Below, one piece after another: positions 1 through 7,595 of a stretch of DNA of 64,000 bases. The stretch is from IMG/VR virus record IMGVR_UViG_3300025697_003303; one strand, given 5' to 3'. Positions within the stretch are counted from its first letter, which is position 1. Each line of letters begins with the position of its first letter. The notes under the pieces are model-generated. The model did not search any database and was not told the origin of the DNA. It was given only the letters and a program-made list of their open reading frames with translations. Made by a program: the position numbers and the translations under genes. The stretch is from an uncultured virus (IMG/VR IMGVR_UViG_3300025697_003303). Its lineage: Duplodnaviria; Heunggongvirae; Uroviricota; Caudoviricetes.

Positions 1-903
1 AGCCCCAACGCCGCCAAGCATTCCGCCAATACCCTTAATAGCCTTGAACCCGATAATCACAGGAGCAAGAAGAGCAGCCCATTTAGCTATATTTTGCGTC
101 CAAAAAACAATTGTATCTTTATTTTCTGTCATATAATCAGATACTTTTTTAATCAATGGAACAAAAGCCTCGCCAAGAATCATGGCAATCTTTTCAAATT
201 GAACTTTTACATTTCCCATCTTACTCACAAACTTATTCCATTGATCTAAATGCTTCTTATCTTCAGCAGATATATTCGATTGCTGGTCAATATAATCTCT
301 AAGACCTCTAGCTTGAGATGCATTTAACTCGCCAGTAAGTCTTAACATTCTAATATGATTTTTTAATCTTTTTTGATCTACTTTTTCAAGATTTTCAATA
401 GAATCTTGAAGAAATGGATATTGCATCGCCAGTTGAGCTAAATTCTGTCCCATCGACTTCATTGCATCAACATTAGATCCAACAACATTCTTAATGTTTT
501 TCATTATCTTTTCAAAACCACGAGCAGACACGATAGGAAAACCCTTTTCAAACTCAGAAAAAAGTCCAGCAGCTTCCATCCGAGTTATACTGAGAGTTTT
601 ACTCAAAGAGTCCATCTTTTTTTTCATTTGACCCGCACCGACATTATACTTTGACATCTGAGCAGATAAAGTAATCATGGTCTTATAATACTTCTCTACA
701 AAACCGATTGATTCTTTAAACCCCAAACCGCCCCCCACCAAAGCAGCAAGTTTTTGAATTGGGACCATAGCAGTTTTTGTAGACTTCCCAAGTCCAGAAA
801 TAGCTTTAGTGAATTTAACAGTAGCCTTTGATGCCTCTTCAGCACCTCTGGCTTGAATGTCAACTATAAATTTTGTCATTTCTTCTGGGGTATTAATAGG
901 CAT
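1..903 (-). CDS. Tape measure protein, N-terminal 301 aa (runs off the left edge)
   Basis: Not in the ORF track. ATG at 903 with a GGAG RBS reads MPINTPEEMTKFIVDIQARGAEEASKATVKF...LGEAFVPLIKKVSDYM...VIIGFKAIKGIGGMLGG; helical Ala/Gly/Lys-rich, directly downstream of the chaperones and tail tube. Confidence 0.8.
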   Translation of the reverse strand, partial: MPINTPEEMTKFIVDIQARGAEEASKATVKFTKAISGLGKSTKTAMVPIQKLAALVGGGLGFKESIGFVEKYYKTMITLSAQMSKYNVGAGQMKKKMDSLSKTLSITRMEAAGLFSEFEKGFPIVSARGFEKIMKNIKNVVGSNVDAMKSMGQNLAQLAMQYPFLQDSIENLEKVDQKRLKNHIRMLRLTGELNASQARGLRDYIDQQSNISAEDKKHLDQWNKFVSKMGNVKVQFEKIAMILGEAFVPLIKKVSDYMTENKDTIVFWTQNIAKWAALLAPVIIGFKAIKGIGGMLGGVGA

Positions 904-940
904 ATTGTCTCCAAAATAAAAAAGAGGAACCTTTCTCAGT

Positions 941-965
941 ATTCTAAAAGAACCTGTAGTTTCCT
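941..965 (-). promoter_or_regulatory. SigH-like promoter AGGA-N17-GAAT upstream of tape measure gene
   Basis: Minus strand AGGA(965-962) AACTACAGGTTCTTTTA GAAT(944-941), inside an AAAAAAGAGGAA/TTCCTCTTTTTT inverted repeat. Confidence 0.5.
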
Positions 966-1002
966 CTTTTTTTACGAATTAACGCTTTGAACGTATTATT
1001 TT

Positions 1003-1404
1003 CTAACCGATTATTTCTTCCATTCTTTCTAAAATTACAGAAGCAAGAGTTGGATGAAGACTGTCGATATTTTCCTTTGTAGCTGGCAATGTTTTTCCAG
1101 CACTATCAACTAAAGTCCAAGAAGTTAACAAAGAGATAAATCTCTCATACCTGACAGAAGAAGCGTCAAATTCAATGGTTTCTCCATTAGATGTAATTCC
1201 TCCACTTCTTTTCATTATTTCTATATTATCTTTATATGAAGGTTTTTTAAAAGTAAAACTAAAAGCTACAACTTGATCTTCTTTTAAATTTACATTCTCT
1301 TCTAATAAGCTTTTTTTTTCGCCATTTGCGTAAACTATACCGTCTTCTACTGCTACATATACATCAAAAGAAACTGTGTCTTTGGGACTGATAAATAAAT
1401 TCAT
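1003..1404 (-). CDS. Tail assembly chaperone-like protein (paralog 2)
   Basis: SWTLVDSAGKTLPATKENIDSLHP resembles SWDIKDIKGTPVPVTSEIIDTLPP of the 1699-2184 product; lies between tail tube and tape measure. Confidence 0.6.
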   Translation of the reverse strand: MNLFISPKDTVSFDVYVAVEDGIVYANGEKKSLLEENVNLKEDQVVAFSFTFKKPSYKDNIEIMKRSGGITSNGETIEFDASSVRYERFISLLTSWTLVDSAGKTLPATKENIDSLHPTLASVILERMEEIIG

Positions 1405-1477
1405 TTTTTTCTATTACGACAAATTTTAACTTCTAAATAAAAGAAATTTGCCGTTTCTCCTTTTGTTAATAGTTAAC

Positions 1478-1702
1478 CTATTTCCCTAATAATCCTTTTA
1501 TTGCTTGGTTTTGTTCAGATCCAGTTATCGACTTATAGGCAGAAAGCATCTTCATATATGTCTCTATGTCTACTGCGCTCATTTTTCTTGTAACTTCTGG
1601 TGGACACTTAAATTCTATAAACATTAAAAACTCGATAACTTTTTTCGGTAATTCTTTGCTGGATGATCCTCTTCCTCTAAGGAAATCAACCAGCTCGGCT
1701 AG
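1478..1702 (-). CDS. -1 frameshift extension (gpT-like) of the tail assembly chaperone
   Basis: Slippery A AAA AAC just before the TAG of 1699-2184; the -1 frame is open for 74 codons (LAELVDFLRGRG...IKGLLGK). Confidence 0.75.
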   Translation of the reverse strand, partial: LAELVDFLRGRGSSSKELPKKVIEFLMFIEFKCPPEVTRKMSAVDIETYMKMLSAYKSITGSEQNQAIKGLLGK

Positions 1703-2184
1703 TTTTTTTCCTGCTCATCCTGAGACCCTTCTGTTGTGGTATCGTATCTGTCAATAAGAGCAAAAACGATATCAGGAGGAAGCGTATCTATTATTTCTGA
1801 GGTTACAGGAACAGGGGTTCCTTTAATGTCTTTAATGTCCCAACTTTTTATACAAGACTTCATTCTCAAATCTCTAAATTTAAAATAGTCTATACCTTGT
1901 AATCCATCAGGGGTATACCTCTCACACATTTTAGATAAATTATTTTGATCTCCCCAACTCAAAACCTTCCACATCGTAGTTAAGACTTTAATAGGTCTGT
2001 CTGTCTCTTTTATTTCTTCCTGTTTCTCTTGCTTTTGTTTGATAAAATCTTCTTGTTGCTGAAATTGAATTTTCCCCTCTTTATCACTTAAAACAATGAT
2101 TTTATTAATACCACCACTTGTCACGATATCCTTATAATATAATTTTATTTCAACTATTTGATTAGTTGCACCAAATAAACCCAT
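1699..2184 (-). CDS. Tail assembly chaperone (gpG-like)
   Basis: Follows tail tube; ends GAA AAA AAC TAG slippery site; GGAG RBS. Confidence 0.75.
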   Translation of the reverse strand: MGLFGATNQIVEIKLYYKDIVTSGGINKIIVLSDKEGKIQFQQQEDFIKQKQEKQEEIKETDRPIKVLTTMWKVLSWGDQNNLSKMCERYTPDGLQGIDYFKFRDLRMKSCIKSWDIKDIKGTPVPVTSEIIDTLPPDIVFALIDRYDTTTEGSQDEQEKN

Positions 2185-2254
2185 TTAAAAATCTCCTATA
2201 TAATTACCCTCAAATAATTATCGACAAAAAAGAAAAAAACATCCACTACTAAAC

Positions 2255-2280
2255 AAAAAAAAGACCCTTTCGGGCCTTTT
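2255..2280 (-). terminator. Rho-independent terminator after tail tube gene
   Basis: GGCCC-GAAA-GGGTC followed by T8 on the minus strand. Confidence 0.8.
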
Positions 2281-2305
2281 CTTAATTATTCAATTGTTTC
2301 AATGG

Positions 2306-3292
2306 TTAAATACTACACTCTTCAACAAAATTCTCACTAGCACCGCCAGGTTCGCTAACAAAACGAACACCAGGAAGTGCATGCCAATTAACAGTAGTTT
2401 CAAAGAAATCATTCGTTATAGCCATCTCTTCTACCTCAAATACCACACATTCTTTAAATTGAACATTCCAAGATGACGAACAGTTTGCAGAAGCATCAAG
2501 AGTAGTACTATATCCAAAACAAATAGTATTATCGGCTGTACATCTTGTTTCATTGCCAGTCTTAGATTCGCCAGAATAACCATAAGCCCTCAATCCAAGA
2601 GAACTATTCCTACCAAGCAAAGTAAATGAACCAGTTATATCTCTTTTAGTCGGGACAACAACCGCCGGAGCCAAACTCGAATTCAAAGTATAAATTCTCT
2701 GTACATTATTAGCTACCGACGCTGTAAAACTACGGATTTCAGAAGGCTCTACACTTACGCCAGTTCCACCGATATTTACGTTTACATCGTTCCATGTAAT
2801 AATTCTGGTATTTCTTTGTGAATAATTTGGAAGATCAATATCTAATGCTGGATCAGTTTCCTGTTTTCTGTCTATGCCTATAACATTAACTGTTATATTA
2901 AGAACATCTTCTGCCGCAATATTAAATTCATACGAATCTATAACAGTCCCTGTGTATTTAAAACCAACACCATTAACATATTTAATATAAATATCTTGTT
3001 TGTTAGCAGGAACAATATCTCCACCGTCTGTTCTTTGAATTGCCCAATCCCATAATTGTACTAATGGAGATTGCGCAGTTCCAGGATACAACTCATATAC
3101 ACCTGGAAAACTAACGCTTCCACCAACCTCTACTGGACCCAACTGATAGACAGTCTTGTCTATCTTTCCGTCTACAACATCTGGTTTATCAATAGATTGA
3201 GTTGCACCAATATCAGCAGAAGTCGCTCGGACAAAATACGACGATCCGAAACGAACCCAACCAACAAATCCTAAATAATCACTTGCAGCCAT
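2306..3292 (-). CDS. Major tail tube protein
   Basis: 328 aa acidic beta-rich protein with ITWND...SFTASVANN...RDITGSFTL pattern; strong RBS and terminator; canonical position before chaperones and tape measure. Confidence 0.7.
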   Translation of the reverse strand: MAASDYLGFVGWVRFGSSYFVRATSADIGATQSIDKPDVVDGKIDKTVYQLGPVEVGGSVSFPGVYELYPGTAQSPLVQLWDWAIQRTDGGDIVPANKQDIYIKYVNGVGFKYTGTVIDSYEFNIAAEDVLNITVNVIGIDRKQETDPALDIDLPNYSQRNTRIITWNDVNVNIGGTGVSVEPSEIRSFTASVANNVQRIYTLNSSLAPAVVVPTKRDITGSFTLLGRNSSLGLRAYGYSGESKTGNETRCTADNTICFGYSTTLDASANCSSSWNVQFKECVVFEVEEMAITNDFFETTVNWHALPGVRFVSEPGGASENFVEECSI

Positions 3293-3315
3293 GTTTTATC
3301 TCCGTTTTTTAATGA

Positions 3316-3732
3316 TTAAGACCAAGATAACGTAGTATCTGTTTTAATTCTATCATGGTCAATAGGCCACCCAGCCTCTTCTGACATATCCGCATATGTC
3401 TCATAAACCTGTACACTCTCATCTCTTAACCAATCATTAATATCGGTATATTTTTCCCCTGCTCCGTCTAAAGCTCTATCGATAACATGCTGATGAAGTA
3501 CGCTAATGCTTGACAAAAGATTGGATGGAACCTGAGTTTCTGCGAGAGAAACTTGATAAGATTGCCAAAACTCGTTCAAAAGATCAACTTCAACGTCCAA
3601 ATAAGCCTCTTGCAAATTTACAATAACTACAACGCTATCATATAGTTCAGTTCTTTGCTGTATATTGGCTATACGAGCCTGTCCTATGTGGTCAGCGATT
3701 GTCGAAAAATCTGTATTAAGAATAACTGCCAT
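3316..3732 (-). CDS. Hypothetical virion-module protein
   Basis: 138 aa acidic ORF with GGAG RBS inside the structural module. Confidence 0.5.
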   Translation of the reverse strand: MAVILNTDFSTIADHIGQARIANIQQRTELYDSVVVIVNLQEAYLDVEVDLLNEFWQSYQVSLAETQVPSNLLSSISVLHQHVIDRALDGAGEKYTDINDWLRDESVQVYETYADMSEEAGWPIDHDRIKTDTTLSWS

Positions 3733-3829
3733 TTTAATTTTCTCCTATTTATTATGTTACTTTGCGTCTTTCCTTATATTACCTACTTCTACGTGTTATC
3801 CCTTTTCTTTTTTTTAAATTATTTTTTTA

Positions 3830-4726
3830 TCACAAAATACTTGTTTCTCTGGGGAATCTGTTCTGTATAAGTTCTTCCCAAGCGAACCAGTCTATCGTAG
3901 CAGCCTTTAACATAGTTCCCTTGAATATCTTGCCATAATCTATAGTCGCAGGCCAAGAATTAAAGAAGAACCTATCCAACTTAATAACCTGAGTATTATC
4001 AGAAACATTCCACGAATAACAAGCAGTACGATCCAATTGCAAAGTCTCAAAATCAACCACACTCTGAACCATAAACTCCTCAACCTTCCACCTATCCTCT
4101 ATATTTATTCTAGACCCTTTCTCAAAAAGACTAATATCATTAACTTTTATAAAAGTGTCATTCGAAGATATATCCGCTTTTAACGTAGTTGTATTATATG
4201 GACCAACCAAAGGATAAATATTCTGCTTCAATCCCTTCTGTATCGTATCAACCATCTGCAAAAGGAACCGATAAGCCCCCTCTTGATTAGAATCTCTAAC
4301 ATAAATAGCAATCTGTATATTATAAGTTTCTTGAGTACTACCCAATGTCAACCATTCAGAAGACCTATTAAGGGCAGTGACTGTTATTGCTGGGTATCTG
4401 GGGATAACATCAGGATCTCCAAGATAAATGCCTTGTACCATATTCTGATTAAACATCTTCTCAAGAATAGAATTATCATCAATTTCCCATCTAAAACGAA
4501 CTGGATCACTAATCTGTATATGAGTCTCGTCTAGAATACTGTCTACAAAGACTGGAGTCTCTCCTTGCGTTGAGTTTCTTATAATAACTTCATCATTCTC
4601 TCTAAAACGATTCGAAGTATTAACGGTAAGAATAGTGTCTCCAGGTTCAGCATCAACTGTTAATACAGTTTGAGTACTAACCCAACGAGCAATTATACGC
4701 CTCACACTGTCAAGAATATATTCCAT
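3830..4726 (-). CDS. Tail completion/terminator-like protein with two inserted beta domains
   Basis: IYLGDPDVIPRYPAITVT...YNIQIAIYV core typical of tail terminators; two similar inserts (TVLTVDAEPGDTILTVN.. and TTLKADISSNDTFIKVN..). Confidence 0.55.
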   Translation of the reverse strand: MEYILDSVRRIIARWVSTQTVLTVDAEPGDTILTVNTSNRFRENDEVIIRNSTQGETPVFVDSILDETHIQISDPVRFRWEIDDNSILEKMFNQNMVQGIYLGDPDVIPRYPAITVTALNRSSEWLTLGSTQETYNIQIAIYVRDSNQEGAYRFLLQMVDTIQKGLKQNIYPLVGPYNTTTLKADISSNDTFIKVNDISLFEKGSRINIEDRWKVEEFMVQSVVDFETLQLDRTACYSWNVSDNTQVIKLDRFFFNSWPATIDYGKIFKGTMLKAATIDWFAWEELIQNRFPRETSIL

Positions 4727-4727
4727 T

Positions 4728-5036
4728 TTACTTAATTAGGGTTTTTATAAAACCCTCTATAGCTCTTTTTGCTAATTCTTTTTTTATTACCGTTTCATTT
4801 ACTTCAGAGATTTTCTCTATTTCTTCAAGTATGATTTGCATCTTTCCAGTATCTTCTTCTAATTTAGCTTTATATAAAGCATCATATAAAGCTTTTAGAT
4901 CGCTATCTGCGACTTCTGTTTTAGGCAACATATCTTGAGTTTCTAATATTTCGCCTTTTGCCTTAGATAAAGAATTCCCCAATTTTTCTAATTTATTTTG
5001 AAACTCTTTCCCATTTTTAAAACTAACTTCTATCAT
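4728..5036 (-). CDS. Hypothetical neck-region protein
   Basis: 102 aa, translationally coupled, lies between adaptor and tail completion genes. Confidence 0.45.
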   Translation of the reverse strand: MIEVSFKNGKEFQNKLEKLGNSLSKAKGEILETQDMLPKTEVADSDLKALYDALYKAKLEEDTGKMQIILEEIEKISEVNETVIKKELAKRAIEGFIKTLIK

Positions 5037-5758
5037 AGTCTTTCAAGACCCTTCTTCCCACCAGGTGAGGCTCCCTCTAGTCCATACTGTCTTAACAGTG
5101 TTGGGTTGAAGAAAGCTCTACCAATCCTGTGCTGACCATGCAAAATTATTCCTCCACTCAAGATGTCAATCAAACTCTGATTCGCTATTTTTGTCAATAA
5201 AGCACTATAATCAGATTGGGCAGGAGAAGATTGAGCCATTACATATTTATCATAAATGTAGGCAGCAGCTAATCTGGCTGAAGTAACAGGGACAGGATCT
5301 GGGTATTGAACGCGAAAAACACGAGCACCCGCTTGAAAAGCATATCCAATAGCTTCTTCTGTTTCAAAAATATTTCTATCTATTGGATCTACAATGTCAG
5401 ATATGATATGACGCTCCTCGTGAGTTCCATCAGTTATAACGACAGAATCCCTTACAAAAAATGGAGCAGCCTCAGTAGTAATAATATAATCATTATACTC
5501 ACTAACGTTTGAGAATAATGAAGTTTCAAAATCAGCTAATTCAACTAAAGGGGTTATATATAATGAACTAAGATTACTATCTATTTCGCTGTCGGCAAAC
5601 GCTATATATTGAGCTACTGTATCAGTTGGAACCTGATTTGTATCTAAAGTATTTCCTATTCTAAGCAAATCTACTGGAGTCGTCAAATCTGTTGGAGTAG
5701 CACTAGTTAAAGCTTGTGCTAAAATTCTTTCGACTAAAGTTTGATTAGAATATCCCAT
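5033..5758 (-). CDS. Head-to-tail adaptor, Mu gp36/DUF1320-like, with inserted beta domain
   Basis: MGYS start, IAFADSEIDSNLSSLYITPL and PVPVTSARLAAAYIYD motifs. Confidence 0.6.
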   Translation of the reverse strand: MGYSNQTLVERILAQALTSATPTDLTTPVDLLRIGNTLDTNQVPTDTVAQYIAFADSEIDSNLSSLYITPLVELADFETSLFSNVSEYNDYIITTEAAPFFVRDSVVITDGTHEERHIISDIVDPIDRNIFETEEAIGYAFQAGARVFRVQYPDPVPVTSARLAAAYIYDKYVMAQSSPAQSDYSALLTKIANQSLIDILSGGIILHGQHRIGRAFFNPTLLRQYGLEGASPGGKKGLERL

Positions 5759-5762
5759 TTAC

Positions 5763-6812
5763 TTATCCTGTGTTGTTAGATTCTTTCGTTATTTTCTTAT
5801 TAGCGATGATAGCCCTTCTGAGACATCCTTTAACCACAGAATTTCTAGGATCGCTAGATTTTTTTACATTCCTAATCTCAAAAGGTAATTCGAGGTCTCT
5901 TACTATATTCTCAAAAACTTCGCAAAATCCCTTTGGCATACTTGTGCCGCCAGCAATAACAATGTCAAGAGGAACATCAAATTCGCTCTTTACTTCAATG
6001 AACTTCTTTGAAAACTTCTTTATAACGTTAGCTATCATAGCCTTATAACACGCGGTGAGAGCGAATAAAACCTCATCATCATAGTTATCTTTGCTCAAAT
6101 CAAGCTTAGTTTCCTTCATAGAAGTTACTTGAGATATAGGTTTACCTGTTTCATTCGATACAGTTTCGTCAATCCAGTCACCAGAATTCATACTAGACAT
6201 ACCAACTATAGGCATTCCTTTATACGCAAGAACACAATTTATTCTGCCAGACCCGAACGATATTCCGATTCCTGAAAAATTAAAAATCTTATCGTTTTCT
6301 GTCACTGTAGGATTCTCTGCAAAAATAACTGCCAATCCCTCTTCTATAACAACGACATTATACCCAAGACGAGAAAACATAGCTTCTAATCTAGCTTTAT
6401 GAAAAGTACTTGTTGTAGCTTCATCAACAGCTTCAGATGAAACACAAGTACAGACTACATCATTCGGACCAGTTGCTCTCCCAATAGAAGATTCTATTAA
6501 TTCAGCTAAAATTAGCATTTTTTTATCTTCATTTTTATTTAGAACACCATCTTGAAGAGGTCTTCTCAACTCTACTTGCCCAGGAAACATTTTCGCTACT
6601 CTAAGAGAGTCTTCTCCAATAACAAAATACTTATCTCCATCTTTAACATATTGCCAACTATTCTGTTTAAGAACATCTTCAATATCATCTATATCAGCAA
6701 CCTCTACAAACGCATTTCTAGTCGTTTTGATTACAAGTTTATCTTCATCGCCTTTCGTTGCTGTTTGAAAAAACATTGTGCCGCAATCTACTGAACATAT
6801 CTTATCACTCAT
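5763..6812 (-). CDS. Actin-like ATPase (ParM/MreB/FtsA superfamily)
   Basis: Phosphate-1 VDCGT, connect-1 IEEGLA, phosphate-2 ISFGSG, adenosine IAGGTS and connect-2 VVKG motifs. Confidence 0.85.
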   Translation of the reverse strand: MSDKICSVDCGTMFFQTATKGDEDKLVIKTTRNAFVEVADIDDIEDVLKQNSWQYVKDGDKYFVIGEDSLRVAKMFPGQVELRRPLQDGVLNKNEDKKMLILAELIESSIGRATGPNDVVCTCVSSEAVDEATTSTFHKARLEAMFSRLGYNVVVIEEGLAVIFAENPTVTENDKIFNFSGIGISFGSGRINCVLAYKGMPIVGMSSMNSGDWIDETVSNETGKPISQVTSMKETKLDLSKDNYDDEVLFALTACYKAMIANVIKKFSKKFIEVKSEFDVPLDIVIAGGTSMPKGFCEVFENIVRDLELPFEIRNVKKSSDPRNSVVKGCLRRAIIANKKITKESNNTG

Positions 6813-6834
6813 TTCTTTTTCCTTTCTCTGTTTA

Positions 6835-7416
6835 TCAAAAAAGATCTTCTAATAGACTCAGATCTTCTTCCATCGTATCGTCTGTAATCTCTTGATCTTC
6901 GTACTCTAAATTGCCTTCTGCTTTTTTTGTCATATTATCCATACTTCTTTTATGTATCTGTACCAAAGTTTCCTGATCAAGATCTAATTCTTCTCTTTTT
7001 TTCTTAGATACAACTTCGTCTTGAGATTGACCTTGGACTATGACAGTACTTTTTTGGTTTTTAACTAAACTAGAAAGCCCACTTATAGCTTTCATTATCT
7101 CTTGATTATCTTTATTTTGATTACTAACTTCTTGTTTAACCATTGCTGCTATAGATTTAACTAATTCTTCTTGATCTATAGTATTTATTGTATTGTTTAC
7201 TATCTTCTTTGAATCTTTTATCTTTTTTGATTTCTTAGAATCTTGTTTTAAAACTTTTATAGATCCACTTTTTATATATACTCTCAATTCACCCGATTTA
7301 TCTGGGTTCATTGCAAGATTAACTTTATGTAAATCTATTGCTTGCTTTACTCCTAAGCTGAGATTTAACTCATTTATAATAATTGCACGATTAGTTGTAT
7401 TTGCGACAAGAAACAT
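6835..7416 (-). CDS. Hypothetical protein upstream of actin-like gene
   Basis: 193 aa; helical middle and acidic C-terminus EEDLSLLEDLF. Confidence 0.55.
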   Translation of the reverse strand: MFLVANTTNRAIIINELNLSLGVKQAIDLHKVNLAMNPDKSGELRVYIKSGSIKVLKQDSKKSKKIKDSKKIVNNTINTIDQEELVKSIAAMVKQEVSNQNKDNQEIMKAISGLSSLVKNQKSTVIVQGQSQDEVVSKKKREELDLDQETLVQIHKRSMDNMTKKAEGNLEYEDQEITDDTMEEDLSLLEDLF

Positions 7417-7420
7417 TCTA

Positions 7421-7594
7421 TTACCTCATTGTACCGATTCTTGGTAACGGAGTTACAGGAGGCTTCATTTCCATCTTATATTCTTTTTTACACTTGGGAC
7501 AAACAAAATATATAACGTTATCTCTGAAATTTATTTCAAGAGTAGCCTCGTCGCTGGCGTGTTCTCCACATTTGCATACACAATATATTTTCAT
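7421..7594 (-). CDS. Small zinc-ribbon protein (57 aa)
   Basis: Not in the ORF track; MKIYCVCKCGEH...FVCPKCKK...RIGTMR fills the gap between neighbours exactly. Confidence 0.65.
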   Translation of the reverse strand: MKIYCVCKCGEHASDEATLEINFRDNVIYFVCPKCKKEYKMEMKPPVTPLPRIGTMR

Positions 7595-7595
7595 G

